Source: an uncultured Thermoleophilia bacterium
GTDB lineage: Bacteria > Actinomycetota > Thermoleophilia > UBA2241
NCBI GenBank assembly: GCA_963715985.1
Contig: CAVQSP010000014.1
Span: forward strand, 576,001 to 640,000
Direction of reading: 5' to 3'
Length of the DNA stretch: 64,000 nucleotides
Below, in pieces: positions 9,917-20,824 of this stretch. Position 1 is the stretch's first letter; every line of letters starts with the position of its first letter. A model generated the notes under the pieces. It was not told the origin of the DNA, searched no databases, and worked only from the letters and a program-made list of their open reading frames with translations. A program made the position numbers and the translations under genes.

Positions 9917-11544
9917 ACGTCCGGCTCACGACCATCTCCATCATCGACGCCTCGCTGGCCGCCATCGAGGCTGAGCGGGGCGTCATCAACGACCTCAACG
10001 TGTACCCCGTCCCGGACGGCGACACGGGCACCAACCTGGCCCTCACGGTCCGCGCGGTGCTCGACGAGCTGCAGCAGAGCGACGCCGAGACCGTGGCCGA
10101 CGTGGCCGCCGCTGTGACCAAAGGGTCCCTCATGGGTGCCCGCGGCAACTCGGGGGTCATCCTCTCGCAGATCGTGCGCGGCCTGTGCGACGTGTGGGGC
10201 CGCTCGCACAACCTCACCACGGCCGGCTTCAAGGCGGCTCTTGCGGAGAGCGCCTCCAGTGCCTACCGCGCCGTCAAGGAGCCCGTGGAGGGCACCATGC
10301 TCACGGTCATCCGCGAGATGGCCACAACGGCGCAGAGCGTGCCCGACACGTTCGGCTTGGACAAGCTGCTGGTAGCGGTGGAGGAGTCCGGCAGGGTGGC
10401 GGTGGAGAACACCACCGAGCAGCTGCCGGCGCTCAAGAAGGCGGGCGTGGTGGACGCCGGCGGCTACGGGCTGCTGGTGCTGTTCCGCGGCCTCTGCGCC
10501 GGCATCGTCGCGCTCATGCAGTCCGGCGCGAGGCTGCCGACGGCGCGCGTCGCCCTGCGCAGCGGGGAGGCGCGCGTGGCTCCGGCACCCGCGCCCGTGC
10601 AGCTCTCCGAACTGTCCGAGTACCGGTATTGCACGAGCCTGCTGATCAAAGGCGAGGGCCTGGACAAGGCCGCCTTCGAGGCGTTCCTGCTGCCCATCGG
10701 CGACAGCGCCCTGGTGGTGGGCGACGAGCGCATGATCAAGGTGCACGTGCACACCAACGACCCGGGCCTGGTGCTGTCCGAGGCCGTGAAGCTGGGGTCG
10801 GTCGGCGAGATCGAGATCAACGACATGCACGAGCAGACGCGGGCCCGGGACGAGCGCCTCGCGGAGCGGGGCGTGTTTCCAGCCGCGACCGGCACCGTGG
10901 TGGTCGCCGTGGTCGCCGGAGAGGGCAACAAGGAGCTCTTCCGCGAGCTCGGCTGTGCCGCCATCGTCGACGGAGGGCAGTCCATGAACCCCAGCGCCGC
11001 GCAGCTGCTGGAGGCGGTGGAGACTCTGGGTGCGGAAGAGGTCGTGCTGCTGCCCAACAACGGCAACGTCATCCTCACCGCGGAGCAGGCGGCGGGCATG
11101 AGCTCGCGCCACATCGCGGTGGTGCCCTCCACGTCCATCCCCGTCGGCATGGCCGCGATGGTCGCGTTCGACGTCGCCAGCGACGCGGTCGGCAACGCGC
11201 GCCTGATGCAGGACGCCATCGCCGAGGTCCACTCGGCGGAGGTCACGCGCGCCGTGCGCGACTCGGAGCTCGACGGTGTGGCCGTGCGCAAGGACCAGGC
11301 GATGGCCATCGTCGACGGCCGCCTGGTCACGGCCGCAGCTGAGATCGAGGACGCATTCGCCGGCGTGCTCACGGCCTTCGCCGGCGCCGGCGCGGAGTAC
11401 ATCACCGTGCTCACAGCCCTCAACGGCTCCGGCGTCACGCGCGAGCAGCTGGAGAAGCTCGCCACGGACCTTGCGCCCGAGGCCGAAGTGGTCTTCCATG
11501 AGGGGGGTCAGCCCCTGTACCCGATCCTTGCGAGCGCCGAATGA
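9913..11544 (+). CDS. fakA: DAK2-domain fatty acid kinase subunit A (FakA/YloV)
   Basis: INDLNVYPVPDGDTGTN, GARGNSGVILSQ, VVDAGG, KVHVHTNDPG, GGQSMNPS, GGQPLYP. Confidence 0.92.
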   Translation: MNVRLTTISIIDASLAAIEAERGVINDLNVYPVPDGDTGTNLALTVRAVLDELQQSDAETVADVAAAVTKGSLMGARGNSGVILSQIVRGLCDVWGRSHNLTTAGFKAALAESASSAYRAVKEPVEGTMLTVIREMATTAQSVPDTFGLDKLLVAVEESGRVAVENTTEQLPALKKAGVVDAGGYGLLVLFRGLCAGIVALMQSGARLPTARVALRSGEARVAPAPAPVQLSELSEYRYCTSLLIKGEGLDKAAFEAFLLPIGDSALVVGDERMIKVHVHTNDPGLVLSEAVKLGSVGEIEINDMHEQTRARDERLAERGVFPAATGTVVVAVVAGEGNKELFRELGCAAIVDGGQSMNPSAAQLLEAVETLGAEEVVLLPNNGNVILTAEQAAGMSSRHIAVVPSTSIPVGMAAMVAFDVASDAVGNARLMQDAIAEVHSAEVTRAVRDSELDGVAVRKDQAMAIVDGRLVTAAAEIEDAFAGVLTAFAGAGAEYITVLTALNGSGVTREQLEKLATDLAPEAEVVFHEGGQPLYPILASAE

Positions 11545-12401
11545 GCACGCAGCTGAGCCTTGACAACACCGCGTTCGTTCTCGACTCCACGTCGGACCCG
11601 TCGGACGGCTTCTTCGACCGGCCGGGGCTCTACATGGTCCCGCTCAAGGTCCACTTCGGCGACGAGACGTTCCGCGACGGCGTGGACATGACCTACCAGG
11701 AGTTCTTCGCGAAGCTCGAGGCCTCGGACGTGCTGCCCACCACGTCGCAGCCTACGGTCGGCGAGTTCACCGCCGCCTATGAGGAGGCGCTGAGGAGCTA
11801 CGAGCACGTGTTCTCGCTGCACATCTCCGGCGAGATGAGCGGTACAGTGCGCGCCGCCCGCCAGGCGGCGGAGGCGTTCGACAACGTGTACGTCTACGAC
11901 CTCCGCACCGTGACCTCGGCGCTGTCCCTGGGCGGCGAGCGCCTGCGCGCGCACGTGGAGCAGGGCTGCACTCTGGATGAGGCCAAGGCCTACGTGGAGC
12001 ACTTCATCGGCAACTCGAACCTGCTCGTCCACGCCGCCACCCTCGAGTACCTGCGGCGCGGCGGCCGCATCGGGCGCGCCGCCTCGTTCGTGGGCGGCGT
12101 GTTCGACATCAAGCCGCTCATCATCGCCGAGGAGGGCACGCTCACGGGCTACGCCAAGGTGCGCGGCACCAAGAAGGCCCTGGCAGGCATGCAGCGGTTT
12201 GTGGAAGAGCGCAGCAAGCCGGACGACGAGCTGTACTTCTGTACCATCGACGCCATCAACTTCGAGGAGCCGCAGCTCATCCGCGAGATGATCGAGCGCA
12301 TCCGGCCCAACTCGCACTTCGTGCTGCACGGCCACGTGGCCGCCGTGGTCGGCACCCACATCGGCCCCGGGACCTCCGCCTTTGCCATGATCGCGGAGTG
12401 A
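11541..12401 (+). CDS. DegV family fatty-acid-binding protein (FakB)
   Basis: DSTSD, PTTSQP, HISGEMSGT, TLEYLRRGGRIG, IKP, VVGTHIGPG. Confidence 0.93.
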   Translation: MSTQLSLDNTAFVLDSTSDPSDGFFDRPGLYMVPLKVHFGDETFRDGVDMTYQEFFAKLEASDVLPTTSQPTVGEFTAAYEEALRSYEHVFSLHISGEMSGTVRAARQAAEAFDNVYVYDLRTVTSALSLGGERLRAHVEQGCTLDEAKAYVEHFIGNSNLLVHAATLEYLRRGGRIGRAASFVGGVFDIKPLIIAEEGTLTGYAKVRGTKKALAGMQRFVEERSKPDDELYFCTIDAINFEEPQLIREMIERIRPNSHFVLHGHVAAVVGTHIGPGTSAFAMIAE

Positions 12402-14560
12402 CCGAGCCCGGACTCCCGCTCCGCTTCGGCGGCGGCCGGTACGACGAACGGCCGCCCACCCCGCGGCTCTTCTTCCGCCCTTCTTCGCTGACCAGACCAC
12501 TGGTCGAGCTCGAGCACGTCACGCCGTCGGTCGCGCGGCGTCTCGCGGCCTTCGGCCTGGAGACCGTGGGCGACCTCATCGACCACTTCCCGCGCCGCTA
12601 CGAGGACTTCCGCGATCGCAAGCTCATCCGTGATCTGAGGGTGGGGGAGGAGGCCACGGTACGCGGGGTGGTGAACCGGGTCAGCGCGGAGCGCACTGCG
12701 CGGCGGCGCGTGGACGTGGTGCGCGTGCTCGTGAGCGACGAGACCGGCGCCGTGGACGCCGTCTGGTTCAACCAGAAGTACCTCACCAGAGTGCTTGTGG
12801 AAGGCATGCGCGTCAGCCTGCGCGGCACGTACAGGCCGCAGGGCGGGCGCGCCTCGTTCGTGGTGCGCAGCCACGAGATCCTCGAGGGGGAGGACGGCGA
12901 CTCGCTGCACACCGAGGGCGTGGTGCCGGTGTACCCGGCCAGCGAGCAGGTCTCGGCACGCCTGTTGCGTGGGCTGCTACGCGCTGTGCGCCCGGAGATG
13001 CGCCGGCTCCCGGACCCGCTCCCGGCCTGGGTGCGGGCCCGCGAGCGCCTGCCCGGGCGCGCGGCAGCCACGCTGGCGGTGCACGCGCCGCGCGACGTGC
13101 GCGAGGCGCGGGCTGCACGTGCCCGGCTGGTCCTGGAGGAGCTCCTGCTGATGCAAACGGGCCTCCTGATGCACAAGGGGGAGCAGCGGCGGCGCGTGCA
13201 CGCGCCGGCGTTCGCTGCTCCCGCCGACCTGGCCACGGCGTTCCTGGACGGGCTGCCGTTCGAGCTCACGGTCCACCAGCTGGAGGCTCTCGACGAGCTC
13301 GAGGCCGACCTCCAGAGCACGGCTCCCATGCGGCGGCTGCTGCAGGGCGACGTGGGCTCGGGCAAGACGGTCGTCGCCCTCTACTGTCTGGTGCGCGCCG
13401 CGGAGACGGGCCTGCAGGGCGCGCTCATGGCTCCTACCGAGACGCTGGCCGCGCAGCACGCCGAGACCGCCGCGCGTCTGGTCGGCCCGCTCGTGCCCAC
13501 AGAGCTGCTCACGGCCTCGCTCACGGCCCGGGAGCGCCGCGAGGCGCTGGAGCGCATCGCGAGCGGGGCTGCCGGGCTCGCCATCGGCACGCACGCCCTG
13601 TTGCAGGAGGACGTCACATTCGCCCGGCTCGGGCTGCTGGTGGTGGACGAGCAGCACCGCTTCGGCGTGGAGCAGCGTGACGCCCTGGTGCGGCGCGCAG
13701 AGACGGAGGGGCGCGCGCCGCACGTACTCCACATGACGGCGACGCCGATCCCGCGCACGCTCGCTCTCACCGTGTACGGCGACCTGGATGTGACCACCGT
13801 CGCCGGGTCACCGGCCGGCCGCCAGCCCGTCGTCACGCGCCTCGTCGATGAGACGCAGCGCGCGCAGGGCTACGAGTTCGTGCGCGGGCAGATAGCCAAA
13901 GGCCTGCAGGTGTACGTGGTGTGCCCTGCCATCGACGAGTCCGACTCCATCTCCGCGGCGACGGCGCTCGCTGAGGCGGAGCGCCTGCAGGCCGGGCCGT
14001 TCCGCGACGTGCGCGTCGCGGTGGTCCACGGCCAGCTCAGGGCCGCGGACCGCGACGAAGTCATGCGCGCCTTCAAGGCCGGTGAGGTGCAGGTGCTCGT
14101 CGCCACGAGCCTCATCGAGGTGGGCATCGACGTGCCCAACGCCACCGTGATGATCGTGGAGGGCGCCGAGCGCTTCGGCCTCGCCCAGCTCCACCAGCTG
14201 CGCGGGCGCGTGGGGAGGGGCACGGCCAAGTCGTTCTGCCTGCTCTTCTCGAACGCAGAGACCGGCGCCTCCCAGGCCCGTCTGGAGGCGCTGCTGGAGA
14301 CCAACGACGGCTTCGTGCTCGCCGACCGCGACCTCGAGATCCGCGGCGAGGGGCAGGTGATGGGGGCGCGGCAGGCGGGCGTGCCCGACCTCAAGCTCGC
14401 CCGCCTGGCCCGCGACCGCGCGGCGCTGCTGCGTGCGCGCGAACTGGCTGCGGAGATCCTCGCCGCCGACCCGGAGCTATCGGCGCCGGTCAACGGGCCG
14501 CTCGCCGACGCCATGCGCGCGGCGTTCGGCCACGAGCTCGCCTGGCTGCTCAAGGCGTGA
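12398..14560 (+). CDS. recG: ATP-dependent DNA helicase RecG
   Basis: RLLQGDVGSGKT, DEQHRFGV, MTATPIPRTL, GLAQLHQLRGRVGRG, DLEIRGEG. Confidence 0.96.
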   Translation: MTEPGLPLRFGGGRYDERPPTPRLFFRPSSLTRPLVELEHVTPSVARRLAAFGLETVGDLIDHFPRRYEDFRDRKLIRDLRVGEEATVRGVVNRVSAERTARRRVDVVRVLVSDETGAVDAVWFNQKYLTRVLVEGMRVSLRGTYRPQGGRASFVVRSHEILEGEDGDSLHTEGVVPVYPASEQVSARLLRGLLRAVRPEMRRLPDPLPAWVRARERLPGRAAATLAVHAPRDVREARAARARLVLEELLLMQTGLLMHKGEQRRRVHAPAFAAPADLATAFLDGLPFELTVHQLEALDELEADLQSTAPMRRLLQGDVGSGKTVVALYCLVRAAETGLQGALMAPTETLAAQHAETAARLVGPLVPTELLTASLTARERREALERIASGAAGLAIGTHALLQEDVTFARLGLLVVDEQHRFGVEQRDALVRRAETEGRAPHVLHMTATPIPRTLALTVYGDLDVTTVAGSPAGRQPVVTRLVDETQRAQGYEFVRGQIAKGLQVYVVCPAIDESDSISAATALAEAERLQAGPFRDVRVAVVHGQLRAADRDEVMRAFKAGEVQVLVATSLIEVGIDVPNATVMIVEGAERFGLAQLHQLRGRVGRGTAKSFCLLFSNAETGASQARLEALLETNDGFVLADRDLEIRGEGQVMGARQAGVPDLKLARLARDRAALLRARELAAEILAADPELSAPVNGPLADAMRAAFGHELAWLLKA

Positions 14561-14607
14561 AGGCCCCGCAGGCGACCCCGCCGAAGGGGCGTGCCGCGGA
14601 CCTCCCG

Positions 14608-14622
14608 TATACTCCACACATG
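14608..14622 (+). promoter_or_regulatory. -10 box 6 nt before the start codon (probable leaderless transcript)
   Basis: TATACT-CCACAC-ATG with no Shine-Dalgarno. Confidence 0.55.
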
Positions 14623-17227
14623 CGCACGCCCGAGCTCATCGCCACGCACACCAACACCGACTTCGACGCCTTCGCCGCCATGCTGGCGGCGCGCAAGCTG
14701 TACCCCGAGGCGTCGATGTGCCTGGGCGGAGCCGTGAACCGCAACGTGCGCGAGTTCCAGGCTCTGCACGCCGACCTGATCCCCGTGGTCGACCCCGTCG
14801 ACGTGGAGCACGAGAGCGTGCGCCGGCTCATCCTCGTGGACACCGTGCACGCCAACCGGCTCGGAGAGCTCGGCGATCTGTGCACGCGCGACGGCGTGCA
14901 GGTGGTGGCCTTCGACCACCACACGCATCTCGACGACCTGCCGCCGTTCATCAGCGAGGACAACCTCGTCACTTCCGCTGACGGCTCGCTCGTCTCGCTG
15001 CTCGTCCGCATCATCACGCAGCGCGGTCTCGCCATCACGCCGTTCGAGGCCACCGTGTTCGCGCTCGGCATCCACGAGGACACCGGCTCGCTCACGTTCG
15101 CCACTACCACGCCGGCCGACGCGGAGGCGCTGGCCCTGTGCATGCAGTGCGGCGCCGACACCGCGCTTCTGGAGAAGTGGCTGGCCAACGCCCTCACGCC
15201 GGCCCAGCGTCACACCCTTGCAGCCGCTCTTGACACCGCCGAGGAGCTGCCGATCGCCGAGGCCACCGTGCTGATGTCCGCCCTCCATCAAGACCTGTAC
15301 GTGGAGGGCGTCAGCGTGGTCGCGCACCGCGTGATGGACCTCACCGGCTGCGACGGCTTCTTCCTGCTCGTGGAGATGGAGAACCGCGTCTTCGTCACCG
15401 CCCGCAGCCGTGGAGGCCGCCTCGACGTAGCCCGCGCCCTGGCGGTTGATCGGCGGGGGCGGCCACCCGGCCGCCGCCTCGGCCGTGGTCAAGGACCGGC
15501 CGCTCGCCGACGTCGCCGCGCAGCTTGCCGCGGCGGTGCCCGCCTCGGTGATCCCTGTGCGCACCGTCGCGGAGGTCATGGGGCCGGCGCCGGCGTCGGT
15601 CGCGCCGACGACCAGTGTGGACGACGCCGCGCTCGCGTGCCGCCGCGGCGGACTCGCAGGGACGCTCGTGAGCGACGGCGGCATGGTGCTCGGCAAGGTC
15701 GCCCTCGCCGACCTCGAGCGCGCCGCCGGCCACGGTCTCGGCCACGCGCCGGTGAAGGCCGTGATGACCACTCGCGTCACCGTGCTGCCGGCCACCACGC
15801 CGGTGGAGCGCGCCGCCCTGAGCGTGGCGCAGGACCCCATCGGCTGGGTACCCGTCGCCACTGCCGGGGAGGACGGCCAGGTGGCCGCCGCCGCCATCCT
15901 CGGCGCCGTCACGCGGCGCTCGCTCTCCGGTGGCCCCGCGCCGGTCCCGGCCGCGCCCGTGCTGGCCAACCTCGCCGGCGAGCTGGGCCAGCTTGGCCTG
16001 GACGCGCTGCTGCGCCAGATCCAGGCAGTGGCCTCCGGCGTCCGCGGCGTCTACCTGGTGGGCGGAGCCGTGCGCGACGTGCTGCTCCGCCAGCCCGGCT
16101 TCGACGTGGACATCGCCGTGGAGGGCGACGGCATCGCCTTCGCCGAGGATCTGGCCGCGCGCCTCAAGGGACATGTGCGCCCTCACGAGAAGTTCGGCAC
16201 CGCCGTCGTGGTGGCGCACGGCGCCGACGGCACCCGCCAGCGCGTGGACGTCGCCTCCACACGTTCGGAGTCCTACGAGCACCCCGGGGCCTTGCCCAAG
16301 GTGGAGCACGCGAGCATCCGCAGCGACCTCGCGCGCCGCGACTTCAGCATCAACGCCATGGCGGTGTCGCTCAAGCCCGAGACCTACGGCGACCTGCTCG
16401 ACTACTACGGCGGCCTGGCCGACCTCGACGCCGGCCGCATCGTCGTCCTGCACAACCTGAGCTTCATCGAGGATCCCACGCGCGTGTTGCGCGCCATCCG
16501 CTACGAGAACCGCTACGGCCTGCGCATGGACGAGCACACCTTCAACCTGGCGCGTGCCTGCTGCGCCATGGATCTCGTGGGCGACCTCTCCTCGGCGCGC
16601 CTGCGCGACGAGCTGGTCGCCCTGCTGGAGGAGGAGAAGGCGGACTTCTCGCTGCGCCGTATGGACGAGCTGGGGCTCACGCCGTCCATCCACGGACGCC
16701 TGCGCGCCGGCCAGAAGACCCGCGAGCTCGTGAAGCGCGGCGACGGCCTGAGCGCGGCCCACCGTCTCGGGGCCGAGATGCCGCGCTGGCGTCTGCGTCT
16801 CATCTGGATGCTGCGCGACCTGGAGCCTGAGGAGATCGCCATCTGGACCGAGCGGATGCGCATCCGCCGCCTGGATGCCGATGTGCTGGAGCGCGGCTTC
16901 GTGCTCGGCCAACGGCTTGCCGGCCGTGTGCGGCGGGGCCCGAGCGAGGCCGACCTCTACGAGTTCGCGCGTGGCGAGCCGCTCGAGGCCGTCGTCGCCG
17001 CAATGACGCTGGACGAGAGCGGCATCGCCGCCGCCCGCCTGGGCGCCTTCCTCGACGTCTCGCGCCACGTGCGCCTGGACATCACCGGCGAGGACCTGCT
17101 GGCCATGGGCTACCCGTCCTCGCCGCAGATGGGCGAGGTGCTGAGCAGCGTGCTGCACCTCAAGCTGAACGGTGTGCTGCACGGCCGCAAGGAGGAGCTG
17201 CAGGCGGCCGCGAGGATGCGCCGGTGA
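14620..17227 (+). CDS. DHH-CBS-tRNA nucleotidyltransferase (A-adding/CCA type); frameshift near 15447
   Basis: THTNTDFDA, FDHH, EDTG, GGGHPAAASA; then VGGAVRD, DVDI, DLARRDFSINAMA, SFIEDPTRVLRAIRY. Confidence 0.9.
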
Positions 17228-17865
17228 CGGGCAACGAGCTCTTCCTGCGCTTCATCGTCACGATGCCGCTGCTGCTGTTCAGCCTCATGCTGCACGAGCT
17301 CGCCCACGGCTGGGTGGCCGACAAGCTCGGCGACCCCACACCCAGGCAGCACGGGCGCCTGACCCTGAACCCCGTATCGCACCTCGATCTATGGGGCACG
17401 GTCATCCTCGTGCTCTCGTTCGTGGGCTCGGGCGGGCAGTTCTTCTTCGGCTGGGCCAAGCCGGTCCCCATCAGCCCGTGGCGCTTCAAGGACCCGCAGC
17501 GCGGGATGATGCTCGTGGGGGCGGCCGGGCCCGCCGCCAACTACTCGCTGGCCCTCATCTCTCTCGGCGCCATCTGGCTCACGTACACCTGGAGCCTCTT
17601 CCTCGCGCAGGCGCTGCTGCTGTCGTTCATGCTCAACATCGTCCTCGGGACGCTGAACCTGGTGCCCATCCCGCCCCTGGACGGCTCCCGCGTGCTGGGC
17701 GGCTTCTTGCCGCGCAAGGTGTACCCGCGCTGGCTGGCGCTGGACAGGTACGGCAACTGGGTCTTCCTCGGCATCGTCGCGATCATGGTGGCGTTCCCCG
17801 CGGTCTTCGACGCCACCATAGGCGCCGTGCTGCGGTGGACGTACAACTTCCTCCCGGGCGGCTGA
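17224..17865 (+). CDS. Site-2 protease (M50) family membrane peptidase
   Basis: HELAH, GDPTP, GRLTLNP, AGPAAN, NLVPIPPLDG. Confidence 0.93.
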   Translation: MTGNELFLRFIVTMPLLLFSLMLHELAHGWVADKLGDPTPRQHGRLTLNPVSHLDLWGTVILVLSFVGSGGQFFFGWAKPVPISPWRFKDPQRGMMLVGAAGPAANYSLALISLGAIWLTYTWSLFLAQALLLSFMLNIVLGTLNLVPIPPLDGSRVLGGFLPRKVYPRWLALDRYGNWVFLGIVAIMVAFPAVFDATIGAVLRWTYNFLPGG

Positions 17866-17866
17866 G

Positions 17867-18655
17867 GTGAGCGACGCCTTCGATCTGATCTGGCGTGAGC
17901 GTGACGGCTTGAGATGGCTGGCGTGGGAGGGCGGCGGAGTCACCGCCGCGTTCCCGACACGGGAGGGCGGCGTCTCACCGGAGCCCTACGACTCGCTCAA
18001 CCTCAGCCTCTCCGTCGCCGACAAGCCGGCGAACGTGCTCGAGAACCGGCGGCGCTACTCAGCGGCGCTCGGGCTGGATACGGGGCAGCTGGTGATCCCC
18101 GGCCAGGTCCACGGCACGACCCTCGCCTGGGTGGACGGGGCGGACGCCGGTCGCGGGGCCGTGTCACGCGAGACTGTGATCCACGACCACGACGGGCTGC
18201 TCACGGCAACCGCCGGTCTCGGCCTCGTGGTGAGCTACGCCGACTGCGTGCCGGTGGTGATCGTGGCGAGCGGCCCGCAGGGCCCCGCGCTCGCCACCGT
18301 CCACGCCGGCTGGCGCGGCATGATCGCCGGTATCGTCGGCAAGGCGGCCACGGAGCTGGCGGAGCGTGGCCGCCTCGTCGGCGCCGTGGTCGGCCCCAGC
18401 ATCGGGCCCTGCTGCTTCGCCGTCGACGACGCGCTCCGCGCCCGCTTCCAGTCGCGCTTCCCGGGCTCCGCCGGCGACGGGACCGTGGACCTGTGGACGT
18501 GCGCTCGCGAGGAGCTCGAGGCGGCCGGCGTGCCGCCCGCCGCCGTCACGGTGAGCGGGCTCTGCACGTCCTGCGACCGGCGCTTCTTCTCCCATCGCCG
18601 CGACCGCGGGTTGACAGGACGTCATCTGGCGATAGCTTGGCGGCACAGGCGGTGA
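17867..18655 (+). CDS. pgeF: PgeF/YfiH (YlmD) family protein
   Basis: TREGGVS, SLNL, QVHG, ADCVP, HAGWRG, GPSIGPCCF, LCT, FFSHRR. Confidence 0.9.
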   Translation: MSDAFDLIWRERDGLRWLAWEGGGVTAAFPTREGGVSPEPYDSLNLSLSVADKPANVLENRRRYSAALGLDTGQLVIPGQVHGTTLAWVDGADAGRGAVSRETVIHDHDGLLTATAGLGLVVSYADCVPVVIVASGPQGPALATVHAGWRGMIAGIVGKAATELAERGRLVGAVVGPSIGPCCFAVDDALRARFQSRFPGSAGDGTVDLWTCAREELEAAGVPPAAVTVSGLCTSCDRRFFSHRRDRGLTGRHLAIAWRHRR

Positions 18656-18692
18656 GCGCCCGTGCGGCCGGGGCACGGGGAGGAGGAGAGGC

Positions 18693-19384
18693 GTGGTACG
18701 TCAGTTCGTCCCTCAGGTAGATGTGGTACGCGAGCGTCTCGCGGAGGTGCGCGGCAGGGTCGCCGCGGCCGCCAGGCGGCCGGTCGCGACCCGGCCGAGG
18801 TCCGCGTGCTCGTGGCCACCAAGTACGTGGCGGCCGAGCACCTGGGCGTGCTCCGGGAGGCCGGCGTCGACCTGATCGGTGAGAACCGCGCCCAGGACCT
18901 CGCGGCCAAGCACGAGCTCTACCCGGACGCCTTCGAGTACCACTTCATCGGCCACCTGCAGAGCCGCAAGACGAAGCTCGTCCTGCCGCTCGTCAGCCTC
19001 ATCCACTCGGTGAGCAGCTTGAGCGTCGTGCAGGAGATAGAGGCGCGCGCCGCGAACGCAACAGACGTGCTGCTCGAGGTCAACATCGCCGGCGAAGATT
19101 CGAAGAGCGGCCTTGCCCCGGGGGACGTGGACACGTTCCTGGACGAGGCCGCGGGCTTCCCCAAGGTCCGCTTCTGCGGACTGATGTGCATGCCGCCGCT
19201 GACCGCCGCCGCCGAAGACGCGCGTCCGCACTTCGCGCGCACGAGGGAACTGGCGCAACGGCTTTCGACATCGTGGCAGGGCACATATACTTTCCGGCAG
19301 CTTTCTATGGGCACAAGTGCCGACTACGAAGTGGCTGCGCAAGAGGGCGCGACCATCGTGCGGGTCGGCAGCGTGCTCTTCTGA
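18693..19384 (+). CDS. yggS: YggS/PipY PLP homeostasis protein (frameshift near 18778)
   Basis: VATKY, GENRAQD, HFIGHLQSRK, LLEVN, SKSG, GLMCMPP, LSMGTSADY, GATIVRVGS. Confidence 0.92.
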
Positions 19385-19402
19385 TCCGGTAGGGAGGAAT
19401 CC

Positions 19403-19942
19403 ATGGGCCTGGGCGATACGTGGCACAAGGTAGCGGTGTACTTCGGTATCGCCGACGACGAGGACGACTACGACGAGGACGAGACACTCGCGCCGCAGGA
19501 GGAGCTCGAGCGCTCCTATCAGGAGCGCCCCAACGTGCGCAAACTGGACACCGGTCGCGGGCGCAATGACTACGACGATATCTTCGCCGACGAGCCGCGC
19601 CGCCGTACGAGCGCGCCTTCGTCGTCGCAGGTGGTGCGCGCCATCGAACCGGCCCGGCCGGCACGCGTCGAAGTCCACCTGGTCATCCCCAAGAACTTCA
19701 ACGACGCCCAGCAGATCGCCGACAAGTTCAAGGTCGACGTCCCCGTCATCATCAATCTGCAGGGCTCGGAGACGGACCTCGCCAAGCGCCTCATCGACTT
19801 CTGCAGCGGCCTCACCTACGCCCTCGACGGGGGCATGCAGCGCGTGGGCGACAAGATCTTCCTGCTCACCCCGCGCAACGTCGAAGTCTCGGCCGAAGAG
19901 CGCGCGCGCCTCATCGAGAAAGGCTTCTTCAATCAGTTCTGA
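19403..19942 (+). CDS. sepF: Cell division protein SepF
   Basis: PKNFNDAQQIAD, VIINL, KRLIDFCSGLTYALDG, FLLTP, GFFNQ. Confidence 0.95.
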   Translation: MGLGDTWHKVAVYFGIADDEDDYDEDETLAPQEELERSYQERPNVRKLDTGRGRNDYDDIFADEPRRRTSAPSSSQVVRAIEPARPARVEVHLVIPKNFNDAQQIADKFKVDVPVIINLQGSETDLAKRLIDFCSGLTYALDGGMQRVGDKIFLLTPRNVEVSAEERARLIEKGFFNQF

Positions 19943-19957
19943 CCGGGCGCGTCTGGG

Positions 19958-20743
19958 ATGATCGCCGGCTTCATCGGCGCCGGGCACATCGCCCACGCTC
20001 TCGCGGAGGGCTGGAGCCGGCCCGGCCTCACGGGTGCACCGCAGCTTCTGTTCTACGACGTGGACGCCGCGCGCGCGGCCGAGCTCGCCGCCGCCAGCGG
20101 CGGCGCTGCGGCCGCCGACCTCGGCGGCCTGGTCGCCGCCGCCGGCCTCGTGCTCGTCGCCGTACGGCCGCAGCACGTCGCAGCCGTGCTCGCCGACGTC
20201 GCGCCGATCCTCGGTGAGAAGCCGCTCATCTCCGTGGCGGCCGGTGTCACGCTCGAGCGCCTGCGCGCCGGGCTTGCGCCCGGCGCCCGCGTGGCGCGCG
20301 TGATGCCCAACATCGCCGCCGCGCTGGGGCTGGGCACGTTCCTGCTCGTGCCGGGTAGCCTGGGGCCGCACGTCGCCGAGGCGGAGCGGCTCTTCGGTCT
20401 GGCGGGCGAGGTCGTGGAGGTGGACGAGGGCCTGTTCGACGCCGCCACGGCCGTCGCCGGCTGCATGCCGGGCATGCTCGCCCGCCTCGTGGACGCGTTC
20501 GCCGACGCCGGTCGCGAGCACGGCATCGCCGAGGACGTGGCCCTGCGCCTGGCCGTGTCCGGCGTGCACGGCGCGGCGGCCATCATCGCCCGCGCCGGCG
20601 ATCCCGCCGCGGTCGTCACCGCGACGGCGACGCCGGGGGGCATGACGGCCGCAGCCGTCGACGCTCTCGACGAGCGCGAGCTCCACCTCGTGGTGCGCGC
20701 CGCGGTGGCCGCGGCCACGGCGCGCGCCAAGGAACTCGCCTGA
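19958..20743 (+). CDS. proC: Pyrroline-5-carboxylate reductase
   Basis: GFIGAGHI, VAVRPQ, ISVAAGV, RVMPN, ATPGGMT. Confidence 0.9.
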   Translation: MIAGFIGAGHIAHALAEGWSRPGLTGAPQLLFYDVDAARAAELAAASGGAAAADLGGLVAAAGLVLVAVRPQHVAAVLADVAPILGEKPLISVAAGVTLERLRAGLAPGARVARVMPNIAAALGLGTFLLVPGSLGPHVAEAERLFGLAGEVVEVDEGLFDAATAVAGCMPGMLARLVDAFADAGREHGIAEDVALRLAVSGVHGAAAIIARAGDPAAVVTATATPGGMTAAAVDALDERELHLVVRAAVAAATARAKELA

Positions 20744-20824
20744 CGACGGCGCACTAGAAGCGAGAAGGTAAACAGGGCACACGACGACCCGCGAGCGGCA
20801 GCGCGCGGCCGAGGGGGGTTCCGC

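Noticed and set aside
14606-14612. CGTATAC matching the island heptamer
   Set aside because: A single copy that coincides with the TATACT -10 box, with no 11-bp phased neighbours.
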